Positions 9,597 to 18,949 of a stretch of DNA of 64,000 bases are shown one piece after another. Below the pieces are notes generated by a model. It saw nothing but the letters and a program-made list of their open reading frames with translations. It had not been told where the DNA came from and searched no databases. How positions within the stretch are numbered: position 1 is the stretch's first letter; each line of letters opens with the position of its first letter. Origin of the DNA: an uncultured Clostridia bacterium (lineage in GTDB: Bacteria > Bacillota > Clostridia > TANB77 > CAG-508); the NCBI GenBank assembly GCA_934177485.1, contig CAKPPF010000005.1:11241-75240 (forward strand). Direction: 5' to 3'. The position numbers were made by a program, and so were the translations under genes.

Positions 9597-10706
9597 TTAA
9601 TTCATAAATATTGTTTTCTGTCTTCTTCCACTTATATTTAGTAGTAAACCTATACACATAAAGTTTGTTATCATTGATGTTCCTCCATAGCTTACAAATG
9701 GAAGTGGTACACCAGTTATTGGAAGTAATCCCATTGTCATTCCTATATTTTCCATCATATGAAACAAGAACACACCAGCAATTCCAATTGCTATATAAGA
9801 GCCTAAATCATTTTTGGCTGTTTTTGCAACATAAATAGATTTTGTTATCATAATTACATATAAAATTATAATTCCCGCTGCAAAAACAAATCCCATTTCT
9901 TCACCAATAACAGAAAAAATAAAATCTGTAGTTTTAGGGTACAAATAGCCTAATTGAGTTTGGTTTCCCTTTAACAAACCCATTCCAAAGAATTGCCCAG
10001 CACCAATTGCAAGTTTAGATTGAAGTATATTATATCCAGCTCCTCTTGGTGCTAGATTTGGATTTAAAAATACTTGTATTCTTGTTTTAGCATGTTCTGG
10101 TAATATATATATGTATGAAATTGGAACCAAAATTGCAATTAACAGTAAAGTAACTATAATATATTTTTTATTTATCCCTGCTGAAAAAAGCATTAAACAT
10201 AATGCAACAATAAATGCCATAGCTGTTCCATAGTCTGGTTGTAATATTATTAATACTAGTGGCACTCCTGCTGCTAATAATACAATTAATAGTTTTAATA
10301 TTTTGTTTATTTCGTTTTTATCATTTCTTTGTATTCTTACCATTAATGTGGCTATAAACATTATTACAAATATTTTGGCTAACTCACTAGGTTGAAACTT
10401 TAAGTTTTCAGAAATTTCGTACCAGCTTCGTGCTCCATTGACAGGTTTTGTAAATAATACACCTATTAGCAATATAATAAACAAAACATAAAAAAATGGA
10501 GCTGCTTTAGCAATTGTATTATAATCTATAGCTGTTACAATTATTAGAACTGGAATACTTACTAAAAACCATAAAATTTGTTTTTTAAATTCTGAATAGC
10601 CTTTAGCTTGTGTTGCAGAAAACAGTGCAACTAGTCCTATACATAAAAGAAGAATACTACATATTAATATTCCCCATTCTACATTTCGCAGAAATTTTTT
10701 TCTCAT
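9597..10706 (-). CDS. rodA: SEDS-family peptidoglycan glycosyltransferase RodA/FtsW
   Basis: Ten-TM profile. C-terminal GGTSM...GLLLNIS motif typical of RodA/FtsW. Confidence 0.85.
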   Translation of the reverse strand: MRKKFLRNVEWGILICSILLLCIGLVALFSATQAKGYSEFKKQILWFLVSIPVLIIVTAIDYNTIAKAAPFFYVLFIILLIGVLFTKPVNGARSWYEISENLKFQPSELAKIFVIMFIATLMVRIQRNDKNEINKILKLLIVLLAAGVPLVLIILQPDYGTAMAFIVALCLMLFSAGINKKYIIVTLLLIAILVPISYIYILPEHAKTRIQVFLNPNLAPRGAGYNILQSKLAIGAGQFFGMGLLKGNQTQLGYLYPKTTDFIFSVIGEEMGFVFAAGIIILYVIMITKSIYVAKTAKNDLGSYIAIGIAGVFLFHMMENIGMTMGLLPITGVPLPFVSYGGTSMITNFMCIGLLLNISGRRQKTIFMN

Positions 10707-10761
10707 TTTAAACCTGCCCTTACAATATTTAAAATTTATATTTTTTGCTGAATTGTATTTT

Positions 10762-10783
10762 GGGCAGGTACAAGACCTGCCCT
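10762..10783. repeat. Module-A repeat, copy 2
   Basis: gggcaggtacaagacctgccct, between rodA and minE. Confidence 0.8.
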
Positions 10784-10812
10784 ATTATATTTTTTCAAGA
10801 CGAACGATTTTC

Positions 10813-11310
10813 TTATTCTTCTTTACTTTCTTCTTTTATTTCTTCTACTATTTCTTCTGCCTTTTCTATTATTTCTTCTGTTTTTTTATTGTCACTTAAT
10901 ACTTCACTTTTTTTAACAGCTTCTTTATTATTTTTCTTTTCTTCTTTTATTTCTTTTTTATTTTCTTCAGATTTCTCTTCCTGCTTTTTTTCTTTTCTAA
11001 CTTCCTCTTTTGCTTCTTCCTTTACACTTACAATTGGAATATTTGCATATAAAACTGGAGCACCTGTTGTTCCATCATCATTAGATTTATTAGTTAATCT
11101 AACATCTATTGCATTTTCGTCTACATCAATATATTTTTTTATTACTTCAATTATTTCTTGTTTCATTAAAGCTAAAAAGTCGGCTGAAATATTTGCTCTA
11201 TCTTGCATTAAAACTAAATGTAATCTTTCTTTTGCTGCATCTTTTGATTTTACTTCTTTTTCGTTCTTTCCTAAACCTTTAAAAAACTTTATTACATTTT
11301 CAAACATCAT
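10813..11310 (-). CDS. minE: Cell division topological specificity factor MinE with a long K/E-rich C-terminal extension
   Basis: N-terminus MMFENVIKFFKG...KERLHLVLMQDR...IIEVIKKYIDVD is a canonical MinE. GGAGGA RBS before the ATG-ATG at 11310 (track used TTG 11322). About 75 extra Lys/Glu-rich residues follow. Confidence 0.8.
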   Translation of the reverse strand: MMFENVIKFFKGLGKNEKEVKSKDAAKERLHLVLMQDRANISADFLALMKQEIIEVIKKYIDVDENAIDVRLTNKSNDDGTTGAPVLYANIPIVSVKEEAKEEVRKEKKQEEKSEENKKEIKEEKKNNKEAVKKSEVLSDNKKTEEIIEKAEEIVEEIKEESKEE

Positions 11311-11333
11311 GTGTTCCTCCAATCAACTATATT

Positions 11334-12131
11334 TTATTTATCTCTTGAAAAAAGTCTCTTTAGTTTAGCAAAGAATCCTTTCTCTCTACCTGGAATTGTT
11401 ATTTCTATATTTTCGCCTAAAATTCTTTTAGATATTTCTAAATAAGCCTTTCCAGAAGGTGCCTTTTTATTTGAAATAACTGGCTCTCCTTTATTTGTTT
11501 GTGTAATAATATACTCATCATCTGGTACAACACCAATTAAATCTATGGATAATAAGTCAACTATGTCATCTACATCCATCATTTCGCCTTTTCTAACCAT
11601 GCTTGGGCGTAATCTGTTTACCACTAATTCTGGATTTTTTATTTCAGATGATTCTAGTAAGCCTATTATTCTGTCAGCATCTCTAATTGCTGAAATTTCA
11701 GCTGTTGTAACTACTATTGCTCTATCTGCTCCAGCAATAGCATTTTTAAATCCTTGCTCAATTCCTGCTGGACAATCTATTAATATATAGTCAAACTCTT
11801 CTTTTAGTTTGCTTGTTAGTTCTCTCATTTGTTCTTCATTTACAGCGCTTTTATCTCTTGTTTGTGCTGCAGGTAGTAAAAATAGTTCATCAAATCTTTT
11901 GTCTTTTATAAGAGCTTGTCTTAATTTACATTTTTCTTCAACAACATCAACAATATCATATACTATTCTATTTTCTAAACCCATAACAACATCTAAATTT
12001 CTAAGTCCAATGTCTGTATCAACTAATGCTACTTTTTTTCCTTCTAATGCTAGGGATGCACCCAAATTAGCAGTTGTTGTTGTTTTTCCTACTCCACCTT
12101 TACCTGATGTTATAACTATAACTTCTCCCAT
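11334..12131 (-). CDS. minD: Septum site-determining ATPase MinD
   Basis: GKGGVGKTTTTANLGASLA deviant Walker A. AGGAGGA RBS. Confidence 0.92.
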   Translation of the reverse strand: MGEVIVITSGKGGVGKTTTTANLGASLALEGKKVALVDTDIGLRNLDVVMGLENRIVYDIVDVVEEKCKLRQALIKDKRFDELFLLPAAQTRDKSAVNEEQMRELTSKLKEEFDYILIDCPAGIEQGFKNAIAGADRAIVVTTAEISAIRDADRIIGLLESSEIKNPELVVNRLRPSMVRKGEMMDVDDIVDLLSIDLIGVVPDDEYIITQTNKGEPVISNKKAPSGKAYLEISKRILGENIEITIPGREKGFFAKLKRLFSRDK

Positions 12132-12255
12132 TATTATTCCTCCTTGACTATAATGCCTTCCGTAGTATTTTATCGATTTTTTATTACATCTATTTTATAC
12201 GGATTTTCGTATAAAGTCAATGAATATAGAACAAAAAAAGTGAAAAAAGCAACTA

Positions 12256-12765
12256 TTAATTAAAATAGTTGCTTAAAGTTTGTAAACCTGTAAAATTATC
12301 TTGTTTTAAAATTTCATATGCTATTATAGCTACTGAATTTGATAAATTCAGTGATCTTAAATTTTCTCTCATTGGTATTCTTATTGCATTATTCATATTT
12401 GTTTCAATTAAATCTTCTGGTAAACCTTTTGTTTCTTTTCCAAACAAAACAAATACCTCATCAAAATTTGTATAATCAACATCTGAATAAATATGCTTTG
12501 ATTTCGTACTAGCAAGAAAAACATTATTTTTTAATTTTTCATTTTCATATCCATATTTATTTAAAAAAGTTTTTAAATTTTCATGTTCTTCAATGTCTAA
12601 TTTATCCCAATAATCAAGTCCAGCTCTTTTTAAATATTTGTCTGTAATTTCAAACCCTAATGGTTTTACTAAATGTAATTTTGCTCCAATTGCAGCACAT
12701 GTTCTTGCTATATTTCCAGTATTTTGCGGTATTTCTGGTTCAACCATAACTATATTAATTTTCAT
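12256..12765 (-). CDS. trmL: tRNA (cytidine/uridine-2'-O)-methyltransferase, SpoU family (TrmL/CspR)
   Basis: MKINIVMVEPEIPQNTGNIARTCAA... SPOUT-class N-terminus. About 169 aa. Confidence 0.8.
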   Translation of the reverse strand: MKINIVMVEPEIPQNTGNIARTCAAIGAKLHLVKPLGFEITDKYLKRAGLDYWDKLDIEEHENLKTFLNKYGYENEKLKNNVFLASTKSKHIYSDVDYTNFDEVFVLFGKETKGLPEDLIETNMNNAIRIPMRENLRSLNLSNSVAIIAYEILKQDNFTGLQTLSNYFN

Positions 12766-12766
12766 A

Positions 12767-14116
12767 TTATTTATTTTCTCCTAATGCATAATATTCAACA
12801 TCAAATTTAGAATTAATTAGTTCTTTATTTGATGTTTCTCTATTAATACCATATACTTCTAGCGTAGAGCCTTCTTCGAATAAACTAATTGTAGGTAATT
12901 CTACTGATTCTGTCTTTGGTGTTGTTAACCCATAAAATACTGTTGCACCATTATCTAAACTTCCTGTATTACTTAGGTAATCTGTAGTAATACTCTCACC
13001 GTTATAGCTTTCAATTATTCCAACATTTCTCACAACTTTTTTAGTTTTAAAATCTATATAATCTTGATAATTTCCAACCTGTCTTAGTGGCTCTGTTAAT
13101 TCTATTTCATATGTGTTACTAATTTCATTTTTAGATACAACAACCCTATACTTATTATAATCACCCTTTTCAACATATCCGTTTTTAATTTGTTCAATAT
13201 ATTCATTTAAACTTGTTCCAGCCGAAAATGTTCCTGTTCCATCATTTGTATAAAACTTTTTTTCAACATCATCATACATTCCTAATACATTATCAGATAA
13301 TCTACGACATGGTATTAAATTTCTAGCTAAATTGCTTTCATCGGTATTGGCCCCATTATATATTTTGCAATAATAAAGATTTCCTTTAAATATATATCCA
13401 GTATCTGTAGGAGTTCCTCCATAGGCCCCAAGATATAAAGGCACTGAATCTTTGCTTCCAGTAGATGTGTTATTACCAATATTAGTTCCATTAATAACTA
13501 TTCCATTTGTGTATGCAGCAACTTCATATGTTTTGTTAAGAGCAAAACTAACTTTTGTACTGTTAAATTCAGAGCTTCCTCTTTTAGCAAAAATAGGCGA
13601 AGAACTATTATTTCTTATCAATGGGAAAAAATATGTTTTACTTGATAGAATATGTGGTCCATATGTTCCAGATTTTGCAGTTATCATGTATTTATATTTT
13701 GCATTTGTATTAGCATCTGGATAAAATTGTGTATTTATGTATTGTATTCCTGAAGTTGAAATATAATCAAGCTTTTCATAGATTTTTTCACTTGTTGATG
13801 CATTTTCTATATTAACATTACTTCCATATATAGTGTAATTAATTAATTTTGCATCTCCCGAATCTGATAAAATCAATATTCCATCAGTAGTAGAATTTGT
13901 TTTGCTTATCAAATTTGTGTTTCTTGTTTCCCCATAAAGTTTTTCATATGATTCATTATCTGAATCTTTATAATATATTCCACTAATTATATTAATTTGC
14001 TCACCTAACGCCTTTTCTTTATTAACATTACTTCCATATAAAATTAGTAGATACGATGTCATAAATAGAAGTCCTACTAAAACAAAAATTGTAGCTGAAC
14101 CCTTTTCTTCTTTCAT
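12767..14116 (-). CDS. Secreted or membrane-anchored Asn/Thr/Gly/Tyr-rich hypothetical protein (449 aa)
   Basis: The AAGGAG RBS supports a start at 14116 (MKEEKGSATIFVLVGLLFMTSYLLILYG). The N-terminal hydrophobic anchor loosely resembles TadE-type pseudopilin leaders. No family recognised. Confidence 0.5.
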   Translation of the reverse strand: MKEEKGSATIFVLVGLLFMTSYLLILYGSNVNKEKALGEQINIISGIYYKDSDNESYEKLYGETRNTNLISKTNSTTDGILILSDSGDAKLINYTIYGSNVNIENASTSEKIYEKLDYISTSGIQYINTQFYPDANTNAKYKYMITAKSGTYGPHILSSKTYFFPLIRNNSSSPIFAKRGSSEFNSTKVSFALNKTYEVAAYTNGIVINGTNIGNNTSTGSKDSVPLYLGAYGGTPTDTGYIFKGNLYYCKIYNGANTDESNLARNLIPCRRLSDNVLGMYDDVEKKFYTNDGTGTFSAGTSLNEYIEQIKNGYVEKGDYNKYRVVVSKNEISNTYEIELTEPLRQVGNYQDYIDFKTKKVVRNVGIIESYNGESITTDYLSNTGSLDNGATVFYGLTTPKTESVELPTISLFEEGSTLEVYGINRETSNKELINSKFDVEYYALGENK

Positions 14117-14313
14117 TGGTTTTTCTCCTTTGATTTCTTTTATATTATTTATAATATTATAAATAGTATAAAATTTCAATAGATTTATATGTACAAATTT
14201 AAATTTATGAAAAAATTACCAGTTTATTTTTTTTTAGAATGCAAAATATAACTATTGAAAAACATTTAGTTTTTCTTATAGATTAATTTAATTTCCTAGG
14301 AGGTGAATTAGTA

Positions 14314-14508
14314 ATGGCAAGAAGTACAAACAAAGTAGTTCCTGAAGCAAAAGCAGCTTTAGAAAAATTCAAATATGAAGTAGCTAGCGAAGTAGGTGTT
14401 AACTTAAAACAAGGTTACAACGGAGATATATCTTCAAAAGACGCTGGAAGAATCGGTGGTAACATGGTTAGAAAGTTAATCCAACAAGCTGAAAACAACA
14501 TGAAATAG
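14314..14508 (+). CDS. ssp: Small acid-soluble spore protein, alpha/beta type
   Basis: MARSTNKVVPEAKAALEKFKYEVASEVGVNL...IGGNMVRKLI matches alpha/beta-type SASPs. Strong AGGAGGTG RBS. 64 aa. Confidence 0.88.
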   Translation: MARSTNKVVPEAKAALEKFKYEVASEVGVNLKQGYNGDISSKDAGRIGGNMVRKLIQQAENNMK

Positions 14509-14674
14509 TAAATTACAGGGCAATATTTAAAGGACAAATATAATTAATCTATTTTGTTCTTGTATAATTTAAATATTCAATTATAAGGAGAAAGTTTAAA
14601 TTATCGTGTTCTTAGTAAGTTATTAATTACTATTATAAGACAGGGATATAAATCTTATCTTTTATGAATACATA

Positions 14675-14706
14675 AAAGGCAGGAATTATGTTCCTGCCTT
14701 TTTTAT
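14675..14706 (+). terminator. Rho-independent terminator downstream of ssp
   Basis: aaaaggcaggaa-ttatg-ttcctgcc hairpin plus T6. Confidence 0.7.
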
Positions 14707-14761
14707 ACCGCTGACGAAGTATAGAACAAATAAGAAAAATTTTAAATTTTTCTTTGATTTG

Positions 14762-14862
14762 TTCTCGCCCGATTTGAGTTTTCGACTAAAAGGAAAAATT
14801 TAAAAGGGCTAGCGATTATAGTTTTTTATATAATAGGAAAGTATTACTTTCCTATTATATAA
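14762..14862. repeat. Composite intergenic element: modules C + D
   Basis: gttctcgcccgatttgagttttcgactaaaaggaaaaatttaaaagggctagcgattatag (C) + tatataataggaaagtattactttcctattatata (D). Confidence 0.7.
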
Positions 14863-14924
14863 AAATATCTTGCTTATTGTTTTTGTATTAAAAGTATTAA
14901 AAAGTTAATACTTTTTCGATAATT

Positions 14925-15971
14925 TTATTTTTTCATATATTTTGTATTTCTTCCACTTCCTATTATTTTAACTGCACCATTTTTTACCATTGTTCCTAAT
15001 ACCGATTCCACTGTTGTCGGACTTACATCAGGTAAGATCTTGCATATTTCTGCTTTTGAAATAGGAGTTAAATTATTTAATACTGTTGCTTCGATTCTTG
15101 CTTTTTTTGTAATTTTATTACTGTTTACAATACTAAATCTTTTGTCTAATTCTTTATAACACATATATAATGTTAATAAGAAATTTTCTATAAATGGAAC
15201 ATAACTCTGCTCATTTTCTATCCAATTAATAGAAGAAAGTCTCAATGCTTCATAATAGTTTCCTTTACTATTATTTATTTGGTCTTCAAATGAAATATAT
15301 TTACCAACATCGAATCCATTTTTATATAATAATAACAGTGTTAATAATCTAGACATTCTTCCATTTCCATCTCTAAATGGGTGTATACAAAGAAAATCAA
15401 GAATAACACAAGGTATTAAAAGCATCTGATTAATATTTGTATTATTACATGCATCATTATATGCTAGTACAAGTTGTTCCATTGCATTTGGAGTTTCTCT
15501 AGGAGCTAATGGTTTAAATCTAACCTTTCTATTTCCTTGTCTATCTTCTTCAATTACATAATTTTGATTGACTTTATATTTTCCTGCATCTTCAACTCCT
15601 GTATATGCCATCATTATTTCATGTAACCTTAATATTGTATCTTCATTAAACTCTATATCATCATAATGTAAATGTATTTCATTTAATGCATCTCTATATC
15701 CAGCAATTTCCTTTTCATTATGATTTAACGGTTTACTATTTTGATTTACTATTTCCTCTATACGCTCATCACTAGTTATAATCCCCTCTATAGCATTTGA
15801 ACTTTTAACAGATTGGACAATCGCTATTTTTTCTAACTCTGTAAATATTTTTTCATATTCACCTTGCCTAATTTTTGCTCCTGCTTTTAATGAATAAATT
15901 GTTCCTGTAATATTTATTAAATTAGCTGGTAATAGTCCATTATCCAAAAAAGAATAATCAAATTTTTTCAT
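14925..15971 (-). CDS. fic: Fic-family protein (Fido domain AMPylase-like) with a C-terminal wHTH
   Basis: Canonical Fic motif HPFRDGNGRMSRLL. 348 aa. Confidence 0.88.
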   Translation of the reverse strand: MKKFDYSFLDNGLLPANLINITGTIYSLKAGAKIRQGEYEKIFTELEKIAIVQSVKSSNAIEGIITSDERIEEIVNQNSKPLNHNEKEIAGYRDALNEIHLHYDDIEFNEDTILRLHEIMMAYTGVEDAGKYKVNQNYVIEEDRQGNRKVRFKPLAPRETPNAMEQLVLAYNDACNNTNINQMLLIPCVILDFLCIHPFRDGNGRMSRLLTLLLLYKNGFDVGKYISFEDQINNSKGNYYEALRLSSINWIENEQSYVPFIENFLLTLYMCYKELDKRFSIVNSNKITKKARIEATVLNNLTPISKAEICKILPDVSPTTVESVLGTMVKNGAVKIIGSGRNTKYMKK

Positions 15972-15984
15972 TTTTTCTCACTTT

Positions 15985-16078
15985 CTGCATATTATATTTA
16001 TTTTTATATGCATATTTTTTGTTTTCTGCATATATATTATCACTTTATATGCAGATAGTCAATAATTATATGCATATA
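15985..16078. promoter_or_regulatory. Array of five TGCATAT / ATATGCA half-site repeats in the fic upstream region
   Basis: ctgcatat (15985), atatgcatat (16017), ctgcatat (16026), atatgcag (16047), atatgcatat (16069). Confidence 0.4.
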
Positions 16079-16236
16079 AATATATTTTGTCTAGTGGATA
16101 TTGATTTGTTGTGGCTATCTCATGCACATTTTACTACGAATATTAGATTATATATATTTTTTAGGTGATTGCTTTTTTTATTTTTCTACTTCAACTTTGA
16201 AATAGAATAGTTACATTACCAGGTTTAACTTTTTGC

Positions 16237-16279
16237 GGGCAGGCATGTAGGGATAGGTCTTGTGCCTATCCTTCCTGCC
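16237..16279. repeat. Module-A repeat, long palindromic variant, copy 3
   Basis: gggcaggcatgtagggataggtcttgtgcctatccttcctgcc. Contains the short unit in inverted orientation. Confidence 0.75.
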
Positions 16280-16587
16280 TCTAAAACTTTTGAATTTATA
16301 TTTACCGCTAAATTATATTTCGTCTTTAATTATTTTTATATGGTCTTTATTTGCAATTCTAAAGTCTATACTAACTTCGCAATTTGCCGAAACAGAGTTT
16401 TTAGCACTGCCTCCGTTTATTGTTCCTACATTCATTGTGGTATATGGAACTTCATAGTTATTATCTTCATATTCTTTAATTTTTTCATTTATATGTTGAT
16501 ATTATAATAAGTTAATGACGCATACAGTCTTATTTATTTGACATAAATTAGCATATATAATATAATTGTTGTATAGGAGGTTTTTAC

Positions 16588-17469
16588 ATGGAAGTAGAAA
16601 AGAATTTGAAAAGAGTTAATAAAAATACATATGTTTTAATAGATGAGTGCACAGGTGAGACTGTAAATTATAAACTTATAAGAAGCTTCTTAGATGGAGA
16701 AAGCGGAAATAATGAACAAATATTAAGAAAACTTAGTGAAGAAGGTATGGTAATTGTAAATACTCTTACTACTAATAACACTACAGGTCCTAATTTAATA
16801 TGTATAGATGCTAAAAGATTTGCATCTATGTCAAAAGATGATGAACACATACATTTATTAGAAAAATCTGATATAATAGAAAGAAGAAATGCAGAGAAAA
16901 CAATTCAAGATGGAAATATTGATCAATTGCCTGCTGGAGACATTACAATATGGAACCCAAATAAGGATAAGGTTATGGGATTAATGTTTTCTAACTCTGC
17001 TCCAACTATAACAATAAAAAGTAGTAATGGTATGGTTGGTATGGGTGTACTTAGAAGACAATATATTACTAAAGACTTTTTAGAAAAATTGCAAAATGTA
17101 ATGGGAGGAGAAATCTCTATAGAAGTAGTTTCATCAGCAATGGGGAAATATCCAACTGCTAAAGACGGAACTAGATTGTTACAAGATGCATCAGACGATA
17201 CACGTGAATATAGTTTACCTGAATATATAAAAGATGTTTGTGACCAAATAGGCATTACATGTAATATTGAAGACTGTTATGATATTAATGATGATAAAAA
17301 TCCATTTTTTAAAGCAGGAGAAAAGAAAAATTTAAAATTAAAAGATGGTTCAATTATAGAAACACTAGCTAATACTGCTATTGTATTCGATCCAAGCGAT
17401 TCATTAGCTCCAATTGAAAAAGAAGGTCCTAAAGAAAAAGCAGATGATTATATAATAGGTGAAAGATAA
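16588..17469 (+). CDS. Hypothetical protein (293 aa), divergent from fic
   Basis: Strong RBS (TAGGAGG-N7-ATG). Acidic soluble protein. No motif recognised. Confidence 0.55.
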   Translation: MEVEKNLKRVNKNTYVLIDECTGETVNYKLIRSFLDGESGNNEQILRKLSEEGMVIVNTLTTNNTTGPNLICIDAKRFASMSKDDEHIHLLEKSDIIERRNAEKTIQDGNIDQLPAGDITIWNPNKDKVMGLMFSNSAPTITIKSSNGMVGMGVLRRQYITKDFLEKLQNVMGGEISIEVVSSAMGKYPTAKDGTRLLQDASDDTREYSLPEYIKDVCDQIGITCNIEDCYDINDDKNPFFKAGEKKNLKLKDGSIIETLANTAIVFDPSDSLAPIEKEGPKEKADDYIIGER

Positions 17470-17475
17470 AAGCAA

Positions 17476-17512
17476 AAAGATGCAAGAAGTTATATTCTTG
17501 CATCTTTTTAAA
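17476..17512. terminator. Bidirectional terminator between the 293-aa gene and hpf
   Basis: aaaagatgcaagaa...ttcttgcatctttt hairpin flanked by A/T runs. Confidence 0.6.
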
Positions 17513-17521
17513 ATTCCTATT

Positions 17522-18058
17522 TTATGCCTCAGGTTCAACTAAACCATAATTGTCTGAGTCTTTTAATTTAAATATTACATTTACTTTTCCTGTATCTACG
17601 TTTATAAAAGTTAAGAATATATTTCCTGGCTTTTCTTCTAACTTTATTTTTGCATCTTCAACAGAAATTGGTTTTATATCGTAGTATAATGTTTTTATTA
17701 CTTCTTCTTCAACGGCACTTTCACCATTTTCAAGTGTAACTTCTTTTAGTCTTATTGAATCATCTTTGTTCATTTTTTCTTTTTTTGTTTTTATTTTTCT
17801 TATTTGTCCTTCAAGAATATCAATATCTTTATCTATTGAAGCATATAGGTCTTTTGTTTCTGTAACTGCTCTTATGTTGTAAGATTTAACATTAATTTGC
17901 ATTTCTGCAATTTGTCCAGATTTTTCAGTTTTTATTTTAACTGTAGCCTTAATATCTTCTCCTTCAAAATATTTTTCTATTCTTTCTAATTTTTTTTCTA
18001 CATAATCTTTTATTGCATCTGTAGCTTTAAGGTCTTTTCCTGTAATTGTTATGTTCAT
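17522..18058 (-). CDS. hpf: Ribosome hibernation-promoting factor (long form)
   Basis: MNITITGKDLKATDAIKDYVEKKLERIEKYF... with a C-terminal dimerisation domain. RBS AAAGGAGTGA before the ATG at 18058 (track start 18103 is upstream). Confidence 0.85.
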   Translation of the reverse strand: MNITITGKDLKATDAIKDYVEKKLERIEKYFEGEDIKATVKIKTEKSGQIAEMQINVKSYNIRAVTETKDLYASIDKDIDILEGQIRKIKTKKEKMNKDDSIRLKEVTLENGESAVEEEVIKTLYYDIKPISVEDAKIKLEEKPGNIFLTFINVDTGKVNVIFKLKDSDNYGLVEPEA

Positions 18059-18139
18059 TAAAATCACTCCTTTGTTAAATTTAAAAATTCTAGATTCAAA
18101 CATATTATATAAATATTTTTATAGTTTGTCAATTAAATT

Positions 18140-18949
18140 TTAATATCCAATATATCCTTGTGGGTTTATAGAACCACCATTAATTCTTATTTCAAAGTGT
18201 AGATGCGAACCTGTTGATCTTCCAGTTGAGCCAACTTTTGCTATAACATCTCCGGCAGAAACAGTCTGTCCGGCTGTTACTAAAAGTTTACTGCAATGAC
18301 CATAATATGTTTGTATACCATTTGAATGTGTTACAACAACCAAATTTCCAAGTTCCCCTTTCCAACCTGAAAAGGTTACTTTGCCTGAAGCTGCACATTT
18401 TACAGCAGTTCCAGTAGGTGCTCCAATATCAATACCTGTATGAGTTCTTCCCCATCTATATCCATATCTAGATGTTAGAACTCCTGAAACAGGTCTAGTT
18501 AATGACATACCTAAGTTAACTTTGTTATAATTTAAAGCTCTGCTTGTACTAAAATTTTTTGATCCAGTTGCTGCATATCTAGTAACTGATGGAGTAACAA
18601 CCTTTTTTTCATATAGTTTTGATACTGCATCATCTGTGCTTGCAAGCTCAGGTAATTCAGTTTCATATTTTTCTACTATTGTTAAATCTGAAGCATTATT
18701 ACTATTTTTATCTTTTAGTTTATCTACAACATCTTCTGCATCTTCAAAATTATTTAGATATACCTTTTCATCTCCGTCATCTGAAACTGCATAATACCTA
18801 TAATATGTAATACCTGTTTCTTTTACTATATTAAAAATCTCATCGTCGTTTGTTGTTATGCCTTTCTTCTGCAAACACATTTTATATTCAGGTAAGTCAT
18901 CTATCTGCACAAAAGCAACATTTTTTTGGTTTTCATCTCCATTTTTCAT
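18140..18949 (-). CDS. M23/LytM-family metallopeptidase, paralog 1. The in-frame open reading continues upstream to ~19167, encoding a TM anchor without a canonical start
   Basis: C-terminal HTGIDIGAP...HLHFEIR (HxxxD + HxH). In-frame upstream codons encode LKLLSLATVATIIIAAAIIAIY, preceded by AGAGGTG and ATA/ATT codons. Confidence 0.75.
   Translation of the reverse strand: MKNGDENQKNVAFVQIDDLPEYKMCLQKKGITTNDDEIFNIVKETGITYYRYYAVSDDGDEKVYLNNFEDAEDVVDKLKDKNSNNASDLTIVEKYETELPELASTDDAVSKLYEKKVVTPSVTRYAATGSKNFSTSRALNYNKVNLGMSLTRPVSGVLTSRYGYRWGRTHTGIDIGAPTGTAVKCAASGKVTFSGWKGELGNLVVVTHSNGIQTYYGHCSKLLVTAGQTVSAGDVIAKVGSTGRSTGSHLHFEIRINGGSINPQGYIGY

Noticed and set aside
10745-11368. Plus-strand 207-aa ORF overlapping minE
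   Set aside because: It is antisense to the K/E-rich MinE tail. Its serine/phenylalanine-rich low-complexity composition is typical of a shadow ORF.
14200-14313. Possible forespore (sigma-G/sigma-F) promoter upstream of the SASP gene
   Set aside because: Candidate GAATG...CATTTAG spacing does not fit the GHATR-N17/18-CATxHTA consensus well enough to call without alignment to orthologous ssp promoters.
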